NCBI GenBank assembly: GCA_025201805.1 | Contig: MU619251.1 | Location: forward strand, 186,001-250,000 | DNA: 64,000 bases | DNA from: Parasitella parasitica NRRL 2501 | Lineage: Eukaryota > Fungi > Mucoromycota | Reading direction: 5' to 3' | In this document: positions 1 through 13,707 of the stretch, in pieces | Numbering within the stretch: the stretch's first letter is position 1 | Layout: each line of letters begins with the position of its first letter | Program-made: the position numbers and the translations under genes | Notes under the pieces: generated by a model | Seen by the model: the letters and a program-made list of their open reading frames with translations, nothing else | Databases searched by the model: none | Told to the model about the DNA's origin: nothing

Positions 1-2223
1 TTTTAATCGCGCTTTGAATTTTGAGTGCTTGTGTTGCTTAACTATCATCACAAGGACAGCGACATTGACTCCTAACGTAGTAATTGCTTTTATGGTTAAA
101 GAAAAAATAATTATGATAAAGTTTATGCATTTAATATGGTGTGTTTGATTGAACATTAGATGCAAGGTGCACACAAATCAGCAGCCCTTTGATAAGTGCT
201 GTTATTCGCATATACTCCTTGACTACATGTAAATACAATCCTTTGGTAACTCAAGTTGCTTTCGAGCATAAACCTAGTCAGGTATTGAAAAAGCGGGCAC
301 CGTGAGTATGGTTTCAACAGGCTTGGCTTTAATAACAAGGACAGTATGCTGTTCTCTACTTCAAATCTCATTTTAAAATGTACATTGTGCATTTTTGACT
401 GTATGCATACGAAACTGTTCCTGGGAAAACCCTGTAAAAAGGGATTTCATGTAAATCTCAATAAATTAGGCTATATATATGTTATCACATATAGTGTATA
501 TACATATGTGCGTGTGCTTGTGCGTGTCTACACTTGTCTTTACAAAACTGCTGGTAATCGCACACAGACGGTGACATTAATTATTTCGGCCAAATCGTAT
601 ATTTATAGATTAAATCGTTATCTGCTTATATAAAAGGATTATAAATTGTCATGGGGCTTTCTTTTTCCCAGGAAAAGGTGGTCTGTTCGACATTCTGCGG
701 CTTTTTAGATCAATGAATGACAAGGGCATTTTCATATATTTGTGCTATCGCCGAGTTTTTTTTTTTTTTTTTTTTTTTTTGAGTAGAGTACAAAAATAAT
801 AACTAATGTAACTTGTCTGTGTGCACTTTTCTCCGCAAAACCGATATGCATACTCCTGTATGATAGTATATCTCATCAACGCAAACGTCATTTATAGTGA
901 GAGATAGCTTTGCTTTAATAGTTTTCCAAAAGAAAACAGGCTAAGCCTATTCATTATAATAAAACAAAACAAAACAAAACAGAGATCCACCATGACCAAC
1001 ATTGCATAATGTATAATAATGATTTGCTGATCATTTGTGCTACTCAGAAAGCCTGTGTTGAGGTGATTTTTGCAGTTGATTTTAACAAATTGGTTCGAGT
1101 TGCCATGGTAACAAAAATTCAGGTACTGTTTTCTGCTGTGATCCAGGGCCAACGAAATGTATGATAAAAGTGCCGTGTCATGCACAAAAGGAGCTTTTTT
1201 GATTGTATTTTTTTTGTTCTCATCAAACTGATCTTATTTCTTTATCTTGCAAGTGAAGATGGGTTTCTTGAATGAATAATGAATATTTAACAACCAAAAA
1301 AATCTATAGTTTTCTCCCTTTAAATAAACAAAAAACCATCACAACAAATAACAACAACAAATCGAGAAACTACTTTGTTATTGATTATTTGTTCAACTCG
1401 ATTAGCGTCGGTGGATTCCGATATTATACGATGCTGGTCCTTTTGGACGCTCAAAATAGTGGTAACGTAAATCTTCCATCTATAAACTGGGTTTTTTTTT
1501 GAAATATATTTTGCGCAACTTGGATATCTTTAAGATGTTACACTGATTGCATTAATTCACATTCCACAATTTTTTTTAGAGATGGATGTGACTCTATGGA
1601 TATAGAAATCATGGGAGGTCTGGAAGAAGTTCACTAAATAGACTATGACGAGAAACGATGAGGCAAAGGCCTCAATATCATGGGGCTAAACTCAATGGCT
1701 TTACCCATTTTCTAAATGCTTTATTGTGTACAAATTCTTTTGTGGTCGAGACTTTTTTTTTTTTTTNNNNNNNNNNNNNNNNNNNNNNNNNNNNNNNNNN
1801 NNNNNNNNNNNNNNNNNNNNNNNNNNNNNNNNNNNNNNNNNNNNNNNNNNNNNNNNNNNNNNNNNNNNNNNNNNNNNNNNNNNNNNNNNNNNNNNNNNNN
1901 NNNNNNNNNNNNNNNNNNNNNNNNNNNNNNNNNNNNNNNNNNNNNNNNNNNNNNNNNNNNNNNNNNNNNNNNNNNNNNNNNNNNNNNNNNNNNNNNNNNN
2001 NNNNNNNNNNNNNNNNNNNNNNNNNNNNNNNNNNNNNNNNNNNNNNNNNNNNNNNNNNNNNNNNNNNNNNNNNNNNNNNNNNNNNNNNNNNNNNNNNNNN
2101 NNNNNNNNNNNNNNNNAAAAAAAAAAAAAAAAAAAAAAGTAGTATAAAAACCCATCTTGTTTAGGTTTCTGCGAATTTTATTTCCCTCCTTCTTTTACTT
2201 CCCTTCTACATCTTAGTAACCAA

Positions 2224-3468
2224 ATGTCTCAAGATAACTTATTTAATACGAGTAATTTTCAGCCAAATGGTGCCATGTATCATCCTGATATGACATTGCA
2301 ATTTGCCCCATCAGTACCTCATCGTCCAAATGCTGCTGCTTCGTCTAGTCAAAGAAACCCAGTATATTTTCACAATCAAAGCATCTCAAATCAAGAAGCT
2401 CTAATCCAGCAGCAACAATGTAAATAAAATAGCAATAGATCATAAACTAAAACTAACATAAATTTTGAACAAATAGTTATGCATGCGTACACTCCTACTA
2501 GTCCTTTTGAAAGCCCTGAATCCGTTGGTGGTTCGTCTAGTTCAACTCACGGTAGACAAATCCAAACAAAAGCTGAACGCAGAGCAGAACACAATGCTAT
2601 TGAACGAGCCCGCCGTGAAAGTTTAAATGTTAAGTTTCAACAATTAGCTTTCACTTTACCTAACCTGCAAAATGATACGCGCCCATCCAAGAGCACAATC
2701 ATTGATCGCACACTTGATTTTGTCAAGAATGCGATTCAAAAGGAAGAACGTTACCTGCGTCGCATCAAAGAGTTGGAAAAATTTAATAGCTACCTGCTGT
2801 CTGAATCAGACAAACGTCTTCAGCACAAGAAATCGAAAAAGTCTCACTCATCCCCTTCCCCTGTGATGCCTACGTTTGATGCTTCACCTGCTCTTGAAAG
2901 TGCTTCTTCGATTCATTCGGACAAAGACGTTCATGACATCGATCAAAATAATAATGATGATGACGACGAGCAAGATGATGACGACGAAGACGATGACATT
3001 GAGGAAGTATCCCTACACTCTCAAGAAGCCATAGCCATGCCCAAGTTTAAAGCGAACAGCAGCCCAATGCCACAGGTTCAATTTAATCGTGTTACTACTG
3101 CTACTCCCCCTAACTCCAGCACTACTATTCCTCACAGTACCATTAATCGCAATAACAGTAATCTCCCCGTGTCACATTCGTCGGTGCCTGTGATGCCGAA
3201 TACTACTAACTGGCCAAGTTGCAAAAATAATGTGATACATGCTCAACCTTTGATTAAAGAAGAGCAAATGCCCTACAATTTTCAATTGCAACAACAGGCG
3301 ATTTTGATGCAAAAATTACAAGCACACCCTCCACAGCAACAAGTCAACACGACAGAAAAAGAAGATTTCCACTTTGGCTCAAATCCCCAAATGTATACAA
3401 TGATGAATCATTCATTCATGAATGCGACAACGCAACAACAACATCATCATTTTATGCACAGACGCTAA
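2224..3468 (+). CDS. bHLH transcription factor (2 exons; intron 2420-2476)
   Basis: Basic-HLH motif RRAEHNAIERARRESLNVKFQQLAFTLPNL...KSTIIDRTLDFV followed by a zipper-like stretch and acidic and Q/H-rich regions. A GT..AG intron joins ORF 2224 to ORF 2479 in frame. Confidence 0.9.
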
Positions 3469-4254
3469 ATAGCTCAAATACAACCGCTCTTTTATTCTCA
3501 CACTCTTTCATGCTCTCGAAATACCCTTCTCTTATTATACTACTTTTATTATACTCTATATATGGTTTTTTGTTTTTTTTTATCCACCCTCCTTATTTTT
3601 CTTTTAATCATGAACGCACTCAAAAATTGTAAATAACTATCCTATATTGCTATTATGAATCATGTTTCCTTTTGCATCTAAAATCAATAAATATAAATCT
3701 GGCTCTCTTTTTAGTGTATACACAAAGGTCATTTACGGGTGGTCATGAGGGCTTTTTTATTTACATCATTTTAAACTGACAAGATAATACAAGATAATAT
3801 AAACAAAAGGGCTAAGCTTTTTTCTTTCAGGGAATACGGCGATAGCCTGATATTTTTGGTCAATTTGGTTTTTTTGCACTAATAGCCGAATTTGTGCGCC
3901 CTTTTTAGTAATTTGTTGTTTGCCAAAAGAAAATTGACATTGTGTAATCAGATATATGCCTGATCGTACCACTTTCAAAAGCCTTCTCTTTTTGTATTAT
4001 GTTGCAAGTCGTACAATCTCAGAAGCACATATAGTCTCCCCCAACTCTCCCCCTCATTGCTTCCCTAATATTGCTGCCTACATGTGTCTTTATATGTTGA
4101 ACGAACAACATAAAACAATACATCAAATATGCATACAATGCTGTCAAATAAATAAACGCACGAATTACCCATATAACTTGGTTCGGAGGCTCCGAGTGAT
4201 ATAATACACGGCAATACAGAAGTCTATAAATAATCTCTACCTCCGTATGGTTTA

Positions 4255-6193
4255 TTACATTGTGCTATCTTTTTGTGGACGTAAAAAACCTGAAGCTGAG
4301 ATTGCCATTAGAGTTTTTGTATCTCTCGGCGCGGCGGGTTCTCCATTTTGGACCAAATTTAATGAGAACAGGAACAGCAATATTGGTTATAGTGACCAAT
4401 AAGCCCACGATAGTAAACATCCAGCCAATGCCAACTCCTTCAATACCCGGATCAATACAAACAGAAGCAATGGCACTATTTGTAATGTATGAGACACTAT
4501 TTACACGATTATTTTGAAATAAAAAGAATAAAATAAAATAAAGACATTACCCAAGGATACATCTTGTAAGGTTATTTGAGGCTGTAATTGAGGCGCCTTT
4601 TCCAGGAAATAAATCCACAATGAGAGATTGAACACAGATAGTCAGCGACGAGGTGCTCACGCCAACTATGCCATTATATATCGGTGAATCGTTCAATAAT
4701 CAGATATTCGCCCTTACCTAAAAACTGCAAGATCAATGCTACGGGTAACGGAGCGTTGTAATACATGGCCCAGCCATAGATAATCGGCAAAGCATCAACA
4801 AAAATCAGACTTGCATAACTCTTTCCCAAACGAGCAGAGTAAAACGAGATTTCTGCATCTGGGTTATCAGGGGTATCCAGCTTTGCCTTTTCCTTCAACT
4901 TTCTGAAATCTCTGTCTAGCAGCTTACCCTTGGCAAACGAACCTACAATGGAGCCGGAGCCTTGGCATAGAAAACACAGGCCAATCTCGAGTTCAGTCAG
5001 GTTGTAACGTAGACTAAATTGCTTGGTGGTGGTTATCAGGAATGTGTACATTGAACAATACAGAAATCCACTAAACATCAATGCAATGGCGACATCTGGC
5101 TCTGTCAGGTAAATGAAAGGCGACAAGAAATTCATCGGGCGACGAGGTCCATTGGCTTCTTTGATGCGAGCAATCCTTTCTTCATCTAGCTTTCCCCTGC
5201 GACGGGCTAACCATTGAAAGGGTGTCGGATTGGCATAGCCAGAGCCATTGCCCACAAGCGAACGGAGAGTCTCTGGCACAAAAAGGCTGACGAATACCAA
5301 TGACAAACCTCCAAGGATCGTCAGGATCCAGAAAGTCCATCTATTACATTTGAAATTAGATATCATCTATTATGTAAAACTGTGCGTATAAATAAATCTT
5401 ACTTCCAGTTCAATTGCTCCGTTATGATACCGCCTATTACTGGCCCAAGCACAGGCCCAAGCATTTGTCCCATTGAGTATATCCCAAAATACGAGCCACG
5501 TCTGTTTAGAATAAAATAAAAAATAAAAAAAAGTCTAAATATGGATATATTTCCTAAATCATATCAGTATTCTGTACACACACCTTTTTGAATCCACAAT
5601 ATCGCCTAATATGCCTGCTCCTATGGCGATGACAGAACTTGAGCCAAATGCTTGCAGCATCCGAAAGATCAGCAAAGCAGTGTAGTTGGGTGATAACGCC
5701 AAGCCAATACAGGCTCCGCAGTAAATGAGCATCGTAATTAGGTAAACGGGCCTTCTGCCGTAGCTGTCGGCGATTGTGCCCCAGAAAGTGGGAGATATGG
5801 CTTGAAAGATCATATAGACAGTGATTGTGATGTTTACTTTTTCTGTAGTAGTGTTTAAATCCTGTTTTCGCAATTTAAAATGAGCTATGTGTGCTTTCAT
5901 GTTTTATCACTACTTACGGCTTCGATCTGGTTCAAAGCAGGCAGGTAAATGCTGGCAGTCAAAGGAGAAATCATACCAGTGCCTGCGCAGATGGTCAGAA
6001 ATCGAATCAATTGGCTTGTAGTAAAGATTGTATAAGGCTCTTTTTCCAGATCTTGCTGTTGTTGCTCTTCTTTTGCATGTACAGAGACGCTGCTGTGATG
6101 ATCTAGCGTAGATGAAATGACAGACTGATATCTTGTTGTCACTATTTGATCTTGCTCGACATCTTTGGCGGTTGGATCTTCCAAGTCTTTCAT
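4255..6193 (-). CDS. MFS drug:H+ antiporter (DHA1/QDR-like), multi-exon
   Basis: ORFs 5897-6193, 5559-5900 and 4674-5366 give ISPLTASIYLPAL, WGTIADSYGRRPV, RMLQAFGSS and PETLRSLVGNGS. The last exon on the minus strand ends at the stop at 4255-4257. Confidence 0.9.
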
Positions 6194-8554
6194 AATATTT
6201 TAATATAATGGTATCATATCACTTTTCTCAAAACAAGGAAAGCAGAATATAATTAGACATTTTATAAATACTTTTTTTTTATTTTCAATTAGCGGGCCCT
6301 TTGTGGCCCTCGATGCGTTGCGAAAACCGAATACATGGCCCTTCCGTGGGAGATCCATTTCCCGTAAACGCCATCTTTGGTTTAGAAGCAAGCCCAGGTT
6401 CTATTGTCTCTGTTAATCACCTGGCAATGCGAAACATCTCACAAAAGATTACATGTTACGAGCAAATGTTGCATTTCCGGGGGGGGGGAATTATATGCTT
6501 GATCGTTTGGAAATGTTAAATGTATATTCTGTAAACTACAGAAAAGCTTACAGGTTCAGATCAATTTGATCGTCTGCCTCCAATCAAATGGATTGTGTCT
6601 CCTTTATATCACTACATTCCACTTGTATCATCAATGATCGTTCTTGGCTTGATTGAAAATTTTGGTGGTTACTACAAATGCAGTATATACTAGAATACCG
6701 CATACAGCTGGCGAATGCCTTGTATTTACAACACATAGTACAATAATTCAGCAAAGATGATCTAATGTTGCATAGTATCTATGATGTAAAATTGACAGCT
6801 ATTGCCAAGTATCTTTTACGTTACAAACAATAAAATTGCTGAATCAGAATTGTAATATTATGGGATACTTGGGGATTGCGGTATCTATGGTTACTTAATA
6901 AGGCATCCATGATCTTTTCAATTGGAAGCAGCCAAAGGCACCGATAGCGTCAACAATTTTTGTTAAATGAAAAAAAAAACTTTGAACTGGTTTGCAGGGC
7001 ATGGCTTGCAGTCTCAATAGGTGTCATCTATTGGAATATGTAGAAGGTTAACGGCGGATACGATTATTATATCGCTTCAAAGTAGACTCTTCCTTAGATG
7101 CAAATCTAACAGAGAGAGTATCTGTATAGGACTTGCGGGACATGGCTTATCTGGAGCTTTATAACAGGCTCTGTGATTTTTGCACAATTTAGGCTTTGAA
7201 ATTGATGTTTTGTGACACGAATGTCAGTTGTGCTTTCATGTAATATTGGCCTTTCATATCTAAACAATAAATTCAGGCGAACATAGTGGAAGCAGAGTAA
7301 ACAAGATGCTGTGCCAACATTTGGGTTGCATAAAATTAGCTCAAGGATTGCTCAAGTCGAAGGTTTGACAAGGAAAATTGTCTGTCAACGCCAAACATCC
7401 ATGCAGGGCTTTGCTACAATTTCATGGTTTGCCGACATTGATAGATACAAGGTCATGGAAAGAGCCAGATGTCCAATTCTTCGACTTTTGGTCCGCTCAG
7501 GGTCCTAGTTTTGAAGCACATTGACCACGTCCGAGCATACTTACACAAGAAATTTGAAGAAAGAACGTACAAAATCATCAAAGCCAAGGAATTAGAGCAA
7601 GCCCACATCGCAAAAGGAAACAAACTAGAGTCTAGTATTAGGGAGAAGCTCGTAAAGAAGTCATTACATGCAAGAGTGGCTATTTTATTAAGGATTAAAC
7701 ATATTTATATATTACATATCCTAACTTGAGGTAATTTGGATGACATTTTGATTTATTGAAACTGGGCGCATATACATAATTGAAATGTCAAGTAAACACG
7801 ATAACTTTCTAAATAACAGTTTCGCGGGCACCGATCGAAGGATTGACATTGATTCTAATGAAAAGAGCAAATAAGCATTTATATTCATTGCCACCTTCTT
7901 TGGCCTCACTGCAGTAATAAAAGATTATTCTCTCCAAAGAGTCAAGCAGAAGAAATGCGTCTTTCTCTTATTTTAGAATATCATTTTTTTTTTCTCCCTG
8001 AATAAAATGAAGCATGCATAGCTGAAAGTATTTATTTATAGTTGTCCATGACTAGCAGCACTCACACTGTAACCAAATAATGTATATGATTAAGGGCGTA
8101 AGACGACTCACGATAATTTCTTGTTCATATTGCAAACTAGTCAACTCGTTTGTTTGTTTTGTTGCGGGGGGTAGAGTACACTGGACGGCCAAACTTTGTA
8201 TCCTCTCAAACCCCCTTTCATATCTCATATTCGTACTCCTTTTTTTGCGTGGCGTATTCGTATTGCAAATAAATCCAACAATTTAGAAGAAAGAGAAAGG
8301 GCCCATTTTGTATACAAAAAAAAACAAAAAAACAAAATAGAATAAAAGCAACTCTACGTGAAGAAATCGAAAAAAAACTTATACAGCATATTGCCAAAGA
8401 AATACTTTATACTGTATCATGCTGAATGCAAACAAAACAACAAGGCGAACGTACATTTTTAATATAATGCACACGCCAAGTAGATTGATCGGCACACGTA
8501 CATAACCCCACTTTTTTCCTTGCTCTCTCTCTTCCTTGCAACACATCTTTATCA

Positions 8555-9151
8555 ATGAGTACACTTTTTCAGGCAAGTCTAAATCCAACAGATGACACGA
8601 TTGTATGCAAACCACATCAACGGCAATCCTGCCTTGTGTGTGGGACAGACTGGGCAGAGCATAACCAACTTGCTGCATCCCTCAAAACCATCAAGGAGCT
8701 TCCACCGCCCAACAAACCGTTCACAACCAACCTAAAAACTACAATCAACAAGCACAAATTAGATGGAAATCAAGCCTACAAAGCAGAAAGCTATCAACGG
8801 GCTGTGGAATTATATACATTAGCTGCCGAACTAGCTTGGGGCCGACCTTTGTGGGAGCCCTTGGCTTTCCAGACAGTACGAGAAGAATTAGCGCCTATAT
8901 TAAGTAATCGATCAGCAGCTAACTGTCTCTTGGCCAACTACGTGGATGCTTTAGTAGATGCCCATGTTGTCACACAGCTTAAAAAGGATTGGAGTAAAGG
9001 GTGGTTCCGAAAAGGAAAAGCTTTGATGGGCCTTGATAGGTTTGACGAGGCAACAGACGCCTTTCAGACTGGTTTACTTTATACCAGCCCTGATGACAAG
9101 GATCTTGTAGATGCCATCAAAGAGTGCTCTGTAGCAGCCAGGAATGCGTAA
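8555..9151 (+). CDS. SEC72: Sec72-like TPR protein of the ER translocation complex
   Basis: N-terminal C-x2-H..C-x2-C..DW motif, RPLWEP..REELA..LSNRSAA and TPR repeats (WSKGWFRKGKAL), as in fungal Sec72-like proteins. Single exon. Confidence 0.7.
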   Translation: MSTLFQASLNPTDDTIVCKPHQRQSCLVCGTDWAEHNQLAASLKTIKELPPPNKPFTTNLKTTINKHKLDGNQAYKAESYQRAVELYTLAAELAWGRPLWEPLAFQTVREELAPILSNRSAANCLLANYVDALVDAHVVTQLKKDWSKGWFRKGKALMGLDRFDEATDAFQTGLLYTSPDDKDLVDAIKECSVAARNA

Positions 9152-9500
9152 ATGTCTATAGGGAGGAATATTATAAAACTATACAGATGTTGATATTTAC
9201 TGTATTTGATATACAAATATATATATATAAAATCGTATATAATATAAAAAAAAAAAAAAAAGTAAGGAGAAAGTTGCAAATCGATGTTTGTGGGTTAGAT
9301 ACAGCGATGTTGTTTGCGAATGCTGAAATGCTGTAAGGAGCTACATTATATTAATCCCAAGAGTGTGTTGAAAGTTGAATGTTAGCTTTGGCTGGCTCTC
9401 CATTACTTGCATGCATAACTCCACACTATTTTACAAAGGGACGAAATTTCCTAATGACAAACTTTATTGTTTCCCTTTTTCTCTTTTTAGTCCACACAAA

Positions 9501-11212
9501 ATGACTAGCTTAGTTCCATATGATGAAGACAGTGTTTCTGTAGATGATGTAATTGACTTGAATCAAGATTATTCAAGCAATGATGGGAGATCCAGCTCAC
9601 AGCATCATTATCGCATATCACTTCATAGTATAGACGACGACGAATTAAAACTGTTTCGCCGTGATTTAGTTACACCTGCATCGTCTGTCTTTGGAGATGA
9701 CACTGATATCATCAAGAAGAACATGATTAGAAGTCGGTTCGTTACACCCTCTCGAATCCAAAGGCCTATATCAAGAGGTGAAAGTGTCATGCTCTTTAAA
9801 AAGATCAACGATGGTACGATATTCCCTGTCGACCATCATTTGAAATACGACTAAGCACAATTGTTTATACATATAAATATATATATATAGGCGATGAAGA
9901 TGTAGCATTTGATGACCTTGTTTCAAGTGAATTGAGAGATTTTATAGACGCTGATTTTATGATGGATGGCATGTTGTCTCGACCTGTAAGCAGAACTACA
10001 ATCGATAAAAATGCAAGGTACGGTCTAGTGTTTATTATCATCTGCATCACATAAATTAATTTAAATGTTTACAGTAAAATCCAAGACATTACCAAGTATC
10101 GATCAACAGTGTCAACTAATAATGAACACAAACAGCAATTGAAATATCAAAGAACCATGTTGCCTTCAAAGTTGCGTGCTTTATCTATTAGTAGCAGCAC
10201 AAAGGAGGTGGTTCAGGCACAGGAAAAACCCCGAAACCATCAACGGAATCTTTCATCTGTTCCTGAGTCACCGCGCAATCATAGTAATCACCGCCAGTTT
10301 CAACAGCACCGTACACTAGTCGCAGCACCTACTACAATGGCGCCTAACCGTAGGAGTGATTATTTACATGAACAAATTCCCAAGAAAACAATTACAATGA
10401 TACCCTCGTCGCGGGATAGATATGCCTTGAAATCAGATGTAGCAGTGTCACAACCTCAAAAATTTGCCCATATTTACCAAGCATCCCCTTCTGCACCTGT
10501 GCCAATGCCTTTATCAACCAAGCAGCAAACGGCAGATGTTCATAAGTCCACTAGGAAGTACGGAAGAAAAGTAGCAGAACAAGGTAAATTAGTAAATATA
10601 TGCATATAACAAATAGTAACACATGTCTCTACCCATTGTAGTTGTAGACTCACATCCAGCTACACCTCGTTTCATGCCTAGGAAATTCAGCATTCCACAG
10701 AGAAACACGCCCAATGACTATGTTGGTAGAACCAGATCAGACACAACAGCGACAACTGCATCTTCATCTTCAGAGGATGAACCAAAAGAAGAAGCCTCTC
10801 ATCATCAGTTTACTACGACTGCATCCTACCACAGAACACATTCTTCACAACCACTGATGTTTGACCATTATAACAATAATGCACCATTGTTTCATCGATA
10901 TAATAAGACCACGGAATATAATAAACCACTATCAAGTCCAAGATTAAGGGTAAATTACAAACTTATTTTTAGATGAAAGTTATTACTAAACTCATGAATT
11001 TTTGTAAATTATAGACCATGAGCTCACACAAGACATTCCCTACTAGTGCGATCGTCAATAATAGTAACCATAGTATAGCCACAGCCACCACAAAAAACAC
11101 CACCACCACCACCACAAATGACGATGCAGGCGTGATTGATTCAGCTAAACAAGTTTTAGCATGTATTAGAGAACGAAGAATGAGATCAATGATGAATAGT
11201 GGACCATTATAA
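9501..11212 (+). CDS. Hypothetical low-complexity S/T/H-rich protein, multi-exon
   Basis: Successive + strand ORFs (9375, 10109, 10623, 11018) separated by GT..AG introns. ATG at 9501. No recognisable domain. Confidence 0.65.
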
Positions 11213-12487
11213 TATTTTGTACACATAAAAAGAAAGAGAAGAACATGTCTTTGTTTTATAACTGTTTTATATATAAGAATTCTTACACTGTCAACAGCTA
11301 CACTCACAAGGATAGTAGCTACTTGAATATAATAAAATTATTATGGTGTTAGTTTGTAAATTGCATTTTATTAGCGGTTCTCTAGATTTATTTGGTTTCT
11401 CTTGGAGTGAAGAATGCCGATTATTATTCTACAAAAAAAAAAAAATGTCTTTAAATACAACACAAAGCATCATGTTTAATTCTCAGTGTTGTTCTTCGCT
11501 TGTATTACACATGTGCTAACTAACAGTTGTGCCACCCTTGGGCATAAATTCTTGAAATTGGCATAATTCAGTCAAATCGATATTACGAATGAGTCATTGA
11601 TATATCCGGATTGCTATATGAATTGAAAAGTCATGGAATCGTACACCCAGCACAAGTTACCAAGAATTTGATGCTCTGCTCTGATACCCAAAACGAAACA
11701 GGGCAGGATATCGATAATAAGTGCTTGGTGTGGGTAAACAGGTATCAAAAAAAGTACATAAGGCTGTCATCCAGGTTGGCATGTAAACGAAGTGATTATT
11801 TGAGACAATCTCAAGAAAATGATTTGAATCTTCAGTCGTCAGGCTAAAACACCGTTTAAAATATGTTTGTTGATCTATGAGAGTTTTTAGATCATCATCG
11901 AAAAGGTCTCTATTCTCTTCTTTTTTTATCTTTGCTATAAAAAAGCTTATTGTACAGGACGGTAATGATAAGAAAAGTAAGCAGATGTATGGTCTAATGT
12001 TTGAAACGTGTTCCTGATAAATCAAAGTTCTCCGCTGTTTTTTGACGGCAAGCTTTATCAATCCAACATGCAGCTTCTCTCTTTTTGGGTGGCTTACTTT
12101 ACTTGAGATGCCTATCATCTTTGCCAGTTTCAAATCCCTTTTCCTTCCTCAAGCAGGTCCCTGATCAACTCGACAATGTCAAAAAACTAACCACCCTATT
12201 CGAAAATTTGACCACCTGAGACGGAAAATAGTGTGATTCTCCCTCTCACACACGGTCGTCTTTTTCACCTCCTTTTACTGAAAATAGCTCTTGTAGGATA
12301 TCTTTTTATAAACATCTGCAATCTTATTTTTGGCTGTGTACATTTCTTTTAACAAAAAAAAAAGTTGTCGTGGCGCACGTATCATTTAGTGTAACTGTAG
12401 CAAAAGCCTTATTGAAAGGTATATATAAAGACATACTTTTTCCCATATTTTTTTTTTCTAACATCCTACAGCATACAGCTACAAAAG

Positions 12488-12653
12488 ATGGATCAAAGCC
12501 AAATACTCGATCCAAGTTTCTACGCAGCTACTAGCACAGCGGGTGCAAATATAATACCAACAGGGCCCTCATTACCCCATGGCCCATTTGATCCCTATCA
12601 ACCACAACCGCAACCGCAGCAGCATCAACCACAGCAAGCTTACATCTTTAATG

Positions 12654-12699
<46 letters not shown>

Positions 12700-13148
12700 T
12701 TCGTCTATAGACTTCTTTTACGAGACACCTCACATTCAGCCTACACCTAGCTCCTCTATTACTTATACCACTACGTCTAACACAGCCAATACCATCAACA
12801 CTATCGTCCCTACAGCGAGTACATCCTATCAAACACCCATGGTAAGTATGCAGAAAACTTGTACTTGTCTACAAGTAATGTGTAACTCTTTTTTTTTTTT
12901 TTTTTTTTCTTTCATTTTTTTTTGTATAGACCAATAAACCTTTAGATAATTCTGCTTCCACAGCAGCAACTGGTGCCGCTGCGACTGCAGTAGACGAAGA
13001 TTACGTACAGAATCTCGCCAATGAATTACAACACACAAAACAGTTACTCTCACAGTATCAACTTAGAACGGAACAGCTGATGGAGCTCGTAAAGAAGCAG
13101 ACTGACAAGATATCGGAATTACGCGAACAACTCGCAAATAAAAACTAA
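12488..13148 (+). CDS. Small polyQ/coiled-coil protein (2 exons; intron 12842-12929)
   Basis: Exon 1 has Q14. A phase-0 GTAAGT..TATAG intron leads into exon 2, which reads TNKPLDN...YVQNLANELQHTKQLLSQYQLRTEQLMELVKKQTDKISELREQLANKN* (heptad-like). Confidence 0.7.
12656..12697 (+). repeat. (CAG)14 coding microsatellite
   Basis: Direct reading of the sequence. Confidence 0.95.
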
Positions 13149-13584
13149 GTGTTTGAATACGCTTCAACCATTTTGTCAAGATATCTTGCATCTGTTGGAG
13201 GGCATAGAAGAGGACCATACATGAAATGTACTGTAGATGATGGCCACGGACGTTGGGTTTTGAGAGCATGCAAACAATTTGCATGTCAAAATGTGTGTGT
13301 GTGTGTGTGTGTGATTTGATGCTGATTAGTACGATCGTTTCGAGGTTTTTCATAGTGCTTATAGATTTCATGAGTGGGACGATAATTCAAGCAGTTTTGC
13401 ATAAGGGCCACTAAAGGAAAAAAAAATTAAAGTTGCCGATGACAACAATCCCGAAACCAAATGCAAATGAAAGAATATCTGATGCGACGAGGGTTAACTT
13501 TGAGGGTGTTTATCTCTTTGTTGCATCTCTCTCTCCCTCCCTTTCTCGTTCTTGTCACACGCCTGTTCAAGTAGTTACAAGCGT

Positions 13585-13590
13585 GCGTGT

Positions 13591-13631
<41 letters not shown>

Positions 13632-13692
13632 TGCGTATATTTGTGTATTTATTTCCAAAACATTTTCTCTCTCTTTCTCTCTCTCTCTCTCT
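13585..13692. repeat. (GT)n tract followed by (CT)n tract just upstream of the phosphatase ATG
   Basis: Direct reading. Another (GT)n tract lies at ~13292-13313. Confidence 0.9.
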
Positions 13693-13707
13693 TTCTTCTC
13701 TTCCAAT

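Noticed and set aside
1658-2164. Long ORFs spanning N runs (also 18288-19403, 18313-19209)
   Set aside because: Artefacts of translating assembly gaps.
7080-7730. Coding-like fragments that might be a decayed gene
   Set aside because: Multiple stops and no motif I can identify with confidence.
13552-13707. CV-repeat N-terminal extension of the 606-aa ORF
   Set aside because: Translation of GT/CT microsatellites from a non-ATG start. The real start is ATG 13708.
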